Below are positions 52,360-62,899 of a stretch of DNA of 64,000 bases, in pieces. The notes beneath the pieces are model-generated. The model made no database searches. It was given only the letters and a program-made list of their open reading frames with translations, and had not been told where the DNA came from. Source of the stretch: Octopus bimaculoides (Eukaryota). Each line of letters begins with the position of its first letter. The stretch's first letter is position 1. A program made the position numbers and the translations under genes. Location: NCBI RefSeq assembly GCF_001194135.2, contig NC_068984.1:140235036-140299035 (forward strand), given 5' to 3'.

Positions 52360-53195
52360 ACACTTTTCCATGCGTCATCCTGTGATGCTCCTGGACGCAT
52401 CATCAGCTGGTGTTTCCTAGGTGTCGTGGGGTGTTTAGCATGAAACACTCATTCAGATAATCCAACCGGGATTAATCAAACTCTATCTTGTATTCAGTTA
52501 GCATTAGCCTTGTTTCTTCCAAGACCTGCTCTTCCTGATCCAGAACCACTTTGAAACAACCTCCGCTGCTTCCACAACCAACTTCATGGTCGTCTGACTA
52601 TTTGCTCCAAGCATGTTAGCTCTGCCGAGGGACTGGTGTACAATCTTTCTGCATCCCACCTCGATGGGATCCACACCTTGTTTGCCACCCATTGTTGTTG
52701 TTGTTTGTTCCTTCTCGAGCCATGCCTGGCTCATAAGGGCTGGTTTCCCGGTTTCATTGGTGTATAGGCTCCCCACCAGGACGGGACACCGGTCGGTCGC
52801 AGGTGAGCTGCTAGATGCAGGAGGAAAGAGTGAGAGAAAGTTGTGGCGAAAAAGTCAGCAGAAGTTCGCCATTACCTTCTGCCGGAGCCGCGTGGAGATT
52901 AAGTGTTTCGCTCATAAACACACACATACATCGCCCGGTCTGAGATTCGAACCCACCATCCTTCGACCGCGAGTCCGCTGCTCTAACCACTATGCCATGT
53001 GACTCCACGTTTGCCACCCATTACTTTGGCAAAACTCCAGCCCAGCATATCTTCTCCTCTTACTCTTGTTGACCTCCTTAATGCCGTCCTCCCAAGGTAC
53101 GGAAAAATTCTAACCGAACCACCTACTTAGATGCTTTATAGATCAGCAAAATATTCGGCCTTAGAACGAGATTTGGAAGCAGAAAATAAGTTCAG
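52360..53195 (-). mobile_element. Hero-like (R2 group) RLE retrotransposon 3' fragment interrupted by a SINE
   Basis: LRPNILL...LE/SVPWEDGIKEVNKSKRRRYAGLEFCQSNGWQ [SINE] PIEVGC...EAAEVVSKWFWIRK. Confidence 0.75.
52694..53008 (-). mobile_element. Full-length tRNA-derived SINE with (CAA)n tail and 14-bp TSD
   Basis: TSD GTTTGCCACCCATT at 52680-52693 and 53009-53022; A/B boxes present; related pieces at 28540-28702 and 48601-48680. Confidence 0.85.
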
Positions 53196-53995
53196 GTTCT
53201 TTGTAGAATAGGAAAATAGCTGAGAGCAGTAACAAGAACAATGCTGATAGTGAAAGAAAATGTATTGCCCAAATTCCACTCGACAATCGGTAATTCAAAC
53301 TCCTGTTGCAAAGACATACAAAAGAAAACATCTCAAGAATGAATTTTGAATGAGAAGAAGAGATATGGCGTCCAGGAATACAAAAAGTTTCAAGTATTTC
53401 GAATCTGGTAAATTATTAAAAGCGATGAAGAAGATACAATGAAAATAAAATAACAACGACTGTTTTGTTTTTGTTTTGTATTTTTCGGAGATATTTAATG
53501 TATAATCATTGAGAACAAAACCACAAATGATTAACGGGGGGAAATTGGATTTACCGAACTTGATTCGAAAGTAAATTATTGCCAATATACTCTCGATATG
53601 TAAAGAGCTTTCCAAGAGGAAATAATCGAAAAGGAAATTCTCCTTTCATGAAGATAACAAAAGCCATAATCGCATTCGAATCAGGAACCGAAAAATGCGT
53701 TAGATTTTGGATGTTGGTGCCAGATGACTTTGTTATGACTTTTTATCTTTTATATGTTTCAACCATTTGACTGCGGCCATCCTGGGACACCGTCTTCGAG
53801 AATTTTAGTCGAACGAATCTAACCCAGGAATTATTTCTTTGCAAAACATCGTACTTATTCTATCGGTCTCTTTTGCCGAACTGCAAAAAGTATGTGTGTG
53901 TATGTGCGCGTGTGTGTGTATGTGTGTGTTCATATATATATATGTGCGTATGTGTGTGTGTAGGTGTGTGTGTAGATGTGTGAATAGGTGTCTGT

Positions 53996-54027
<32 letters not shown>

Positions 54028-55841
54028 ACACAGGTACACACAGGTTTTCAATATCCGTCGACTAAATCTACNNNNNNNNNNNNNNNNNNNNNNNNNNNNN
54101 NNNNNNNNNNNNNNNNNNNNNNNNNNNNNNNNNNNNNNNNNNNNNNNNNNNNNNNNNNNNNNNNNNNNNNNNNNNNNNNNNNNNNNNNNNNNNNNNNNNN
54201 NNNNNNNNNNNNNNNNNNNNNNNNNNNNNNNNNNNNNNNNNNNNNNNNNNNNNNNNNNNNNNNNNNNNNNNNNNNNNNNNNNNNNNNNNNNNNNNNNNNN
54301 NNNNNNNNNNNNNNNNNNNNNNNNNGAGTGTGAGTGTGAAAGTGTGTGTGCGCGCGTCCGTGTGTGTGTGTGTATGTGTGTGTGTATGTGTGTGTGAATG
54401 TTTGTGTGTGTGTGTGTGCGTCCGTGTATGTTTCTGTGAGAGTGAGTGTGAGTGTGAGTGTGTGAGTGTGTGTGAGTGTGTGTGAGTGTGTGTGCGCGGG
54501 TCCGTGTGTGTGCGTGTGCGAGTGTGTTTTATGGGAGTGTGTGTGTGAGTGCGTGTGTGCGTGAGTGTGAGGGTGTGAGTATGTGTGTTCGGGTGTGTGA
54601 GTATGTGTGAGTATGTGTGTCTGTGCTTGTACCCACGCCCATCGCTTCACAACCGAGTGCCCCAGCATGGCCGCAGTCAAATGACTGAAACAAGTGATAG
54701 AATAAAAGAAGGATTCTTCGCCACATTTAAGGAATTCATTTAGACAACGAACGCTGCTATTTTTTTTTCCAGTTTGCGTAATCCTATTGCTAAAAAGATA
54801 TTGAAAACAATAAACAAACAATGAACATACTTCACTCATTAAACTATCAGAAAACAAAAACCAGAAATTGAAGTGGGGACCTTCTCTTCAGAACTAAAGG
54901 AGAAATTGAGCGCTTTGAAGAAAGTAAAGATTCTCTTTATTGCATTCATTAAAGAGATTCACTGCATTCTTCAAGGAGAACCACAGCATTCATTGCAGAG
55001 AATATTTTGGAAGGCGAACGTTATGGAGAATATTGAACTCAAACGAAATTATAAAATTCCTAAAATCTTTCAGTTCAAACAATAGACCGTATTTTCAAGC
55101 GTATAAGGTGCATTTTTTTCCGAAATATTTTTCCCAGCGCCATTTTGCTGAAGGTAGGTTCTGGGTAGACTTGGTTAATGTTATCAACGATGTATGGCGG
55201 TGAGGGTGTCTGTGTGTGTAGGGGGGTGAGTGTGAATGTGTGTGTGTGAGAGAGAGAGAGTGTATGTGAGTGTATGTGTGAGTGTGTGTGAGTGTGCGTG
55301 TGTGAGTGTGTGTGTGAGTGTTTGTGAGAGTGTGTGTGTGTGAGAGAGTGTGTGTGTGAGAGAAAGTGTGTGTGTGTGAGAGTTAGTGTGTGACTGTGTG
55401 TGTGTGAGAGAGAGTGTGAGTGTAAGAGTGTGTGAGCGTGTGAATGTGTGTGTGTGAGAGTGTGTGTGAGAGAGAGTGTGTGTGTGTGTGTGTGTGTGCG
55501 TGTGTGTGTGTGTGTGTGNNNNNNNNNNNNNNNNNNNNNNNNNNNNNNNNNNNNNNNNNNNNNNNNNNNNNNNNNNNNNNNNNNNNNNNNNNNNNNNNNN
55601 NNNNNNNNNNNNNNNNNNNNNNNNNNNNNNNNNNNNNNNNNNNNNNNNNNNNNNNNNNNNNNNNNNNNNNNNNNNNNNNNNNNNNNNNNNNNNNNNNNNN
55701 NNNNNNNNCTCCGTAAGAGATACTTTGCTAAAGATGTCTGCGGTTTTGGAATTCTCACTGGGAAGTGATTTTACTCTCAATAGCTTTATCAAGAAAACTT
55801 TCCCTGCGAAAATAGACTCAAATAACAAAACAAAAAGAGAT

Positions 55842-55933
55842 TCTAGCGAGACGGATTCGAATAACCGACCTAAGGATGACAGCTGCATATAAACCACTAC
55901 AGTTCCCCGCTCTACCAACTGAACTATCACGAG
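55842..55933 (-). pseudogene. tRNA-Tyr(GTA) pseudogene, copy 6; 19-nt intron 55878-55896
   Basis: Colinear with the intact copies, but acceptor CTCGTGA/TCGCTAG, anticodon stem GGGAA and T stem GGTTA are disrupted. Confidence 0.85.
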
Positions 55934-55947
55934 CTCTCAGTTAAAAA

Positions 55948-56170
55948 ATGGCGGTGAGCTGGCAGAAACGTTAGCACGCCGGGCGAAATGCTTAGCAGTA
56001 TTTCGCCCGTCGCTACGTTCTGAGTTCAAAATCCGCCGAGGTCGACTTTACCTTTCATCCTTTCGGAGTCTTTAAATTAAGTACCGGTTGCGTACTGAGA
56101 TCGATCTAATCGACTGGCTCCCCTCCCCAAAAATTTCGGCCCTTGTGCCTAGAGTTGAAAAGAATATACG
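55948..56170 (+). mobile_element. SINE-A with 10-bp TSD inserted just upstream of tRNA pseudogene copy 6
   Basis: CAGTTAAAAA at 55938-55947 and 56171-56180. Confidence 0.85.
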
Positions 56171-56579
56171 CAGTTAAAAAGAAAATTATCCATACAATTA
56201 ATAGATAAAATCTCCCACAGTTAAAATTAAGCAACTTTTGAAAGAAAAAATGGCAGTGATTTATTAGTAGTATTTTTAATGTTTTTATTGGTGTTGTTGT
56301 TTTGAACGAAAATAGGAATGGCAAACTGTGAGAAACACAGGAAAACCTAATTAAATGAATGACAGTAATTAATAGCCTATTTCTAGTTAATGAATTCAAA
56401 TCACGCCGTAACTAAGTCTACTAATCATTCCTCAGAAATCGATAAATAATACAGAAAATATTAGAACAGTGATAAAGAAAAATTTACCTGTAATACAAAG
56501 GTATTAATGGAGCCAGTTATACGTCTGACTAGTTATGAATAATTAGTCTTGTACGTGGTGAGAAGTGATTCCGAAACTT

Positions 56580-56950
56580 AAGAGTGGCTGCGTGGTAAGG
56601 AGTCTGCTTCCGAATCACATGGTTCCGAGTTCTGTCCCACGGTGTAGCACCTTTGGTGTCTTATATAATAGCCTCAGGCTAACCAAAGACTTGTGAGTGG
56701 ATTTGGTTAGCGGAAAATGAAAGCAGTCTGTCGCGTGCATGTGTGTGTGAGTGGCGGGGGTGGGCCACAGATTGACAACTGGTGTCGGTGTGTTTACGTC
56801 CCTGTAACTTAGCGGTTCGGCAAAAGACTAAAATAAGTAACAGGATTTTAAAAATATAAGTCCTGGGGTCGATTCATTCTACTAAAAATTCTTCAAGGTG
56901 GTGTCCCAGCATGGCCGGTGTCTAATGACCGAAACAAGTAAAGGATTAAA
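56580..56950 (+). mobile_element. SINE family B copy
   Basis: Homology to 5337-5842. Confidence 0.75.
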
Positions 56951-57129
56951 AAANNNNNNNNNNTCATTCTACTAAAAATTCTTCAAGGTGGTGTCCCAGC
57001 ATGGCCGGTGTCTAATGACCGAAACAAGTAAAGGATTAAAAAAAAAAAAGATAAGCGATGTAACGAAGGAATATTTTGGTTAATTGACAGAAGGACGTAG
57101 GTGTGTAAGCGAATTCTTTAACCACCAAG

Positions 57130-57523
57130 CCACACCCCTTCATGTGCTCTTCTTACGTGATGATATAAGACACGCACACTGCCTGGGTCACACAGGAAAA
57201 GGTTCCGGCACTAAATATGGAAGTATAACCTCATGCTCCTTGCTTTCCTGGCCTTGCTACATCTGGCTATCCATCTTTTCAGACCACTGCAACATTATAT
57301 GAAGGGAAAACAGTTTATTAACTGTGACAGGTTAAAAATGATATTAAGTGATCCTTTGAGACCTGAAGAAAATTACACTCGAGGGATCAACAGTTTGCCG
57401 AGTAGATGGGATCATGTTATCAATAAAGAAGAGAAATTATTATCTTGATTAAATACATCAATTAACACAAAAGAAACATTTCATTCTTTATTAATGAGAC
57501 AGGACTTTCTTTCCAATTTAATA
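57130..57523 (+). mobile_element. Mariner (DD34D) 3' relic with right TIR
   Basis: LFLRDDIRHAH..., HLFRPLQHYMKGK, GINSLPSRW; end ACAGGACTTTCTTTCCAATTTAATA. Confidence 0.7.
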
Positions 57524-58452
57524 TTTTCATTCCTTTTCAGAATCTGACGGGGAAAGAAAGACATACGTGAATTACCTTAGGGTAAATGTGGAGAAACATG
57601 GTGTAATATTGATGAAATGGGATTGTATAAAACTCTATAGTTTACGTGAAATGCCGAAACGAAAACAGAGTATTGTTTATTAATGAGAAAGAATAATCTT
57701 TTATTTTAAAGGCACGGATATGAGGAGGACTGAAAACCATTTAAATAACTTATAAGTATACAAATTGAAGCAACATTGAAAAGCATTGATTTTTAAGATG
57801 CTTAAAAGTGAAACAATACTTCCATTTTTAAAGTGTGTATTACGAGAAAAAGACATGAAGATAATTTCGAAGTATTTCATTAAAAGAGTTAGAAATATAT
57901 TAATTGTAAAACATAATGATGTATAAAAATCAGTAGAAATTTCCTGTTTGACTTTACTGCAGTACCACCTCCTTTTCGTTTCGGTATTTCTAGAAAACTA
58001 TGATGTTTTTATGTTCCCGATTTCTTCGAAATTATACAGCAATTCTCTACGTTTACATACATTTTGTAGACTTGGCAGTCTCTGTCACAGGTAGACGGAT
58101 ACTGGCTTCAAATTTTAGCACAAGGTCAGAAAATTTAAGGAGAGGGGCAAGTCGATGTAATTGACCCCATTGATCAACTGGTAGTTATTGTATCGATCCC
58201 GTAAGAATAAAAAGGAAATTCGACCTCGACAGAATTTGAACTCAGAACGTAAAGACGAACAAAATGCCGCTAAACATTTTGCTCGGGATGCTAGCGATTC
58301 TGCAAGCTCGCTGCCTTATCGGTAAACGAATGATACCATCGACTTGAAAAACTGTAATGCATGGAAACCTCGTCAACATTTGATCAGTAACAGAAACAAG
58401 TAGAATACAACGACTATGAGAGTGAAGGCAAAAAAAAAATAACTAAAACGGA

Positions 58453-58544
58453 TCTCGCGAGACGGATTCGAACCACCGACCTAAGGATTACAGATTTTAA
58501 CAACGCACTACAGTCCTCCGCTCTACCAACTGAGCTATCGCGAG
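58453..58544 (-). tRNA. tRNA-Tyr: tRNA-Tyr(GTA) copy 7; 19-nt intron 58489-58507 (TGCGTTGTTAAAATCTGTA)
   Basis: Exons identical to copy 2; TCCG-T4 trailer. Confidence 0.95.
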
Positions 58545-59072
58545 AACGTAACACCGACGATCAAAATAGTATATATTATCACCAGTTCTGTTTTTTGTTT
58601 TCGTTAATCATGTGATTTGTTACTTTCTTTTATCAGGAATGGTTTCAAATTCTGGCACAAGGCCTGAAATTTTCTTTAGCAGAGGATTCAGTCGATTACA
58701 TCGAACCCAATGCGTAGCTGGTACTTATTTATCGATCCCGAAAGGATGAAAGGCAACGCCGATCTCAACATAAACACGAACGAAATGCTGCTAATTTTTT
58801 TTCCAGCGCGCCAACAATTCTAGTTTGCTGCCTTTCTTCTGCTAATAATTCTTCTTATAGACACAAGGCCAGGAATCTGGGGGAAATGGACTAATCGATT
58901 ACATCGACCCCAGTGCTAAATTGGTATTTATTTCATCGACCTGAAAGGATGAATGCATAACAACCAACAAAAGCCGCTAAGCCTTCTGTCCGCTGTGCTA
59001 ACGATTCTGCCAGCTCGCTGCATTATCAAAATAAAATAAGTATATATTACGAATAAAAACAAAAAACAATTA

Positions 59073-59164
59073 TCTCGTGCGACGGATTCAAACCACCGAC
59101 TTAAGGATAATAATTCTTAATAAACCATTACAGTCCTCCGCTCTACAAACTGAGCTATTGCGAG
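59073..59164 (-). pseudogene. tRNA-Tyr(GTA) pseudogene, copy 8; 19-nt intron 59109-59127
   Basis: Acceptor CTCGCAA/GCACGAG mismatched, D-loop GG to TG, T-loop TTCGA to TTTGA; the intron lacks the terminal CTGT. Confidence 0.85.
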
Positions 59165-59308
59165 AACACGTTATTAATAAGTAACAGAAATCTTGCGAAC
59201 GATTTAAAGCATTAAAACCTCGGCAACATTTGATCAGTAACAGAAGAAAATACGAGACGTAACAGAAACAACGTAGATATAATGCATGTATAAGGAACAA
59301 AAAGAAAA

Positions 59309-59378
59309 TCTCGCGAGACGGATTCGAACCACCGACATAAGGATAACAGTTTTTGATTAATCACTACAGTAGCGTGAG
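59309..59378 (-). pseudogene. Internally deleted tRNA-Tyr, copy 9 (3' exon, intron and anticodon retained; ~22 nt of D arm missing)
   Basis: 3' exon 59309-59344, 19-nt intron 59345-59363 and ACTGTAG are followed by a degenerate acceptor 5' strand. Confidence 0.75.
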
Positions 59379-59394
59379 AAAAAGCAAAAACGGA

Positions 59395-59486
59395 TCTCGC
59401 GAGACGGATTCGAACCACCGACCTAAGGATTACAGATTTTAACAACTCACTACAGTCCTCCGCTCTACCAACTGAGCTATCGCGAG
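59395..59486 (-). tRNA. tRNA-Tyr: tRNA-Tyr(GTA) copy 10; 19-nt intron 59431-59449 (TGAGTTGTTAAAATCTGTA)
   Basis: Exons identical to copy 2; TCCG-T5 trailer. Confidence 0.95.
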
Positions 59487-60239
59487 AACACGCCAGATAA
59501 GCTCAAAGTTACTTATTTTAAATCTTCTGTTTTTGCTATTACTCTATCGACATTCTTCCTTTGTTACGTTGATGATAAAACCAGACTATCAAATGGTGTG
59601 TGACATTTGTATACAAGTCTCTATATGCTTGTGTGTTTACGAGATTTATGTTTCTATCACAGATACGAATGTTGGCTCTGAGCGCATAAGTATATGAGAG
59701 CGTGTTTCTGTGTAACGTTGATTTTTATAACCATTAGTATTGGAAAACATGAATATTTTTTTTTAACAACACGCCACCAATCGGTAAACTCAACGCCCCT
59801 TTCTCAATATATAAGGGAGGTAAGTCTGCACAAAACTGCGTTGGAGAAAATTGATTTATTTTCTCCTTCTACTTTGCAAACCCTCAAGGAATTCCGATGC
59901 AAAAGCTATATTCAATTATGAACGGGATAAATAATTTGAATTTATTGCTACAATCAGAAAAACCAAATTCCAAGACACGAGACGAGAGAGAAGGGGATCT
60001 CCATACATCCTGCCCAAAAGAACCACAATACAAGCTTCCCAACCGCCACCAAGTATCGACGACCACACTAGAGTTGGCAGAATACCAATAGCTTCTGGGA
60101 ATATAGTAACGGTATTGAATAATCTTATATTGTGCTTGATGGGTTAAAGGAGAATTTTGTTTTTCACAATATAGAAACATTTCTCATGGCACCAGCAGAC
60201 AAAATGGATATGGTGTTGCCCCATAGGATAGCAAGGAAA

Positions 60240-60560
60240 ATGTGCTGCGATGAGGCTCGCACTTCCGGACAGCAATCTCTGCAGTGAGCAAAGATATGAT
60301 CCGAGGGCCAAGAACACCAGAGGTCTCAACTGCCTCAAGCTCGACCGAAAACTTCCCAGAGACCGACCGATACCTTGACAGTTTGCTTTTCTCAGCCTGA
60401 CGAGTAGCGGAGCCTGGGCTGATAGCTGACGACACCAAGATGCTGCTGAAGAAGGTGTCACGGCATTTGGCATCCCAGATGAGGGGCCTATCACCACGGA
60501 ACGAGAAAACTGTTATACCAATAAACAACATCGCGAAGGTCTCGCCACCCACTTCCATTG
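60240..60560 (-). mobile_element. CRE-like non-LTR retrotransposon RLE fragment
   Basis: GDRPLIWDAKCRDTFFSSILVSSAISPGSATRQAEKSKLSRY...AVETSGVLGP. Confidence 0.6.
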
Positions 60561-60625
60561 TCGCACAAGTGACCCCAAAGTCTACCAGTACATCCCTCTG
60601 TCTCTTCAGATTGAGATTATACTTA

Positions 60626-60826
60626 CTCTTTTACTTGTTTCAGTCATTTGACTGTGGCCATGCTGGAGCACCACCTTTAGTTGAGCAAATCGACCCCAGG
60701 ACTTATTCTTTGTGAGCTTAATACTTATTTTATCGTTCTCTTTTGCCGAACCGCTAAGTTACGGGGATGTAAACACACCAGCATCGGTTGTCAAGCAATG
60801 TTGGGGGGACAAACACAGACACATAT

Positions 60827-60898
<72 letters not shown>

Positions 60899-61072
60899 TA
60901 TATACATATATACGACGGGCTTCTTTCAGTTTCCGTCCACCAAATCCACTCACAAGGCTTTGGTTGGCCCGAGGCTATAGTAGAAGACACTTGCGCAAGG
61001 TTCCACGCAATGGGACTGAAACCGGAACCATATGGTTCGTAAGCAAGCTACTTACCACACAGCCACTCCTAC
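60626..61072 (-). mobile_element. SINE family B copy, full length
   Basis: Reverse-complement homology including the internal (TA)n/(CA)n. Confidence 0.85.
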
Positions 61073-61263
61073 ACCTATGTACTTGTGTATAGAATTGAAC
61101 TTGTTTATTTTTTACACACACATATACATCGATATGTATACATTCGTGAACATTCAGCACGAATTGAAGAATCTAAAACACGCTCAAACCGAACACAGAA
61201 GACACGGGAGAATAAATAATTATGTAAGGAAATACAGGAGAGGGGTAAATTTGGTTGATGGGG

Positions 61264-61320
61264 GATGGATTTGAGCCACCGACCTAAGGATAAGGATTAC
61301 TACTCTTTACCAACTTAGCC
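61264..61320 (-). pseudogene. Highly decayed tRNA-Tyr remnant, copy 11
   Basis: gatggatttgagccaccgacctaaggat matches the 3' exon and taccaacttagc matches the D arm; the adjacent flank (61355-61400) resembles the 5' flanks of copies 3 and 7. Confidence 0.65.
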
Positions 61321-62044
61321 ACCACCAAACACGAAGTCGCGCGTCAAACTTATGCATATTATTACCAGTTCTATTTTTGCTATCACTAATCAAGCAATTT
61401 GATATTTACGCTAATGATCCTTTCTACTAAAGGCACAAGGCCTGAAATTTTGGGGGAGGAGAATAGTCGATTACACCAACCCCAGTGTTCTACTGGTACT
61501 TAATTTATCGATCCCCAAAAGATGAAAGGCAAAGTCGACCTCGGCAGAGTTACAACTTGAACTCAGAACGTAAAGACGGACGAAATGCCACCAAGCATTT
61601 CGCCCGGTGTGCTAACGATTCTGCCAGCTCACAGCGTTTATTAACGTTAATAATAAAACCCGGATCTTTGTGGTTTACGTCACTGTTTAAAATTGTGTTC
61701 CAATTGTTTTCAAATTTGGCATATGGATTAAGTTTTGTATGCTGATTAAGAAAATGAAATTCATTTTCCCTATAAATCCATAATTAAAAGGTTATTGGCC
61801 TTTAAAGTTTGCAAAATTTGGGTACTTTACCCAATCAGAAGCGGGTATTTTAGACATCACCGTGGCTAAGAAGTTTGTTTCTATAGTAACCAAAGATGCT
61901 GCGCTTACGCACAAGGAGTGTAACCACCACTTGTTCTATAATTCTATTTATAACAGATGGGACTCACACCCTAAAATCCTAGAGTGTAGTGCAAACTTTT
62001 GTTCTTGGATTTTTTAAAGTAATAAATGTCTGTTTTAAACAATA

Positions 62045-62335
62045 TTTTGACTGTTATTTCTAGCAACTCCTGTTGGTTTGTTCGTAGCTTTAAAATATTT
62101 ACTTTGCTCACGAATGTTTTAATGTTAACTTTGCTCGTGTATATTTTAATCCTTTGACTGTTATTTCTAGCAACTCCTGTTGGTTTGTTCATAGCTTTAA
62201 CATATATAATTTGCTCATGAATGTTTTAATGTTAACTTTGCTCGTGTATATTTTAATGTTTTGACTGTTATTTCTAGCAACTCCTGTTGGTTTGTTCGTA
62301 GCTTTTAAATATTTAATTTGCTCGCGAATGTTTTC
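62045..62335. repeat. 107-bp tandem repeat x~2.7
   Basis: GACTGTTATTTCTAGCAACTCC at 62049, 62156 and 62263. Confidence 0.9.
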
Positions 62336-62899
62336 GTATTTTTCAGTTTACTGTTGCTAGTTTAATGTTTTTATATACAACGAACGCGCTGTTTTCTGAT
62401 TGGCTGAAAATTCTGAAAATTATCAAATTTTGAAGACCTGTAACATTTTTGCGAATTTTTTCTGGAATAAATGAATAACAAATTCGGATTCAGCATCAAA
62501 AATTACATCTATATGATACATTAAAAAATTATTTTAAAGATAATTGTAAACAGTGTCGAAAAACACAAAGATCCTAAAACCGTACCGGTTAAATTGTACG
62601 TAGTGTAAATGTTTGTATATGTCTGTATATGTGTGTGTTTAAGAGATGTTTGTTTCCATATAAAGTATGTCAGAGGGCGTAAAGCTAGTTTTTACTGTAA
62701 TTATTGTTGCAAAACTTTCGAATGAAAAATTACCCCAAATTGTTGTTGTTTAGCTCCAAGTCGGCCTTCATTCACTTTAATTATAATTGATGGCCTTCCA
62801 GAATTGCCTATCTTATCGGGTTGCTTAGATATCTTGCCAGCAACACAACCGAAATTCTCATGTGAACAAAGTCCTCTAGCGTTTGTCGTCAAGTGGAAG

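Noticed and set aside
52345-52405. Minus-strand CTGATGA-TGCGTC...GACGCA-TG-GAAA hammerhead-like string in the Hero 3' region
   Set aside because: Two extra bases precede GAAA and no convincing stem I, stem III or cleavage triplet was found.
53010-53200. Initial reading as a CR1-type LINE (YKA...LE...GG)
   Set aside because: An alternative frameshifted reading gives a much better Hero RLE match joined across the SINE TSD.
56874-57040. Direct duplication of a SINE tail on both sides of a 10-N gap
   Set aside because: Typical contig-overlap artefact.
39203-61320. Idea that RLE retrotransposons occur only inside the tRNA cluster
   Set aside because: An R4/Dong-like RLE fragment also lies at 11345-11745, far from any tRNA gene in the window.
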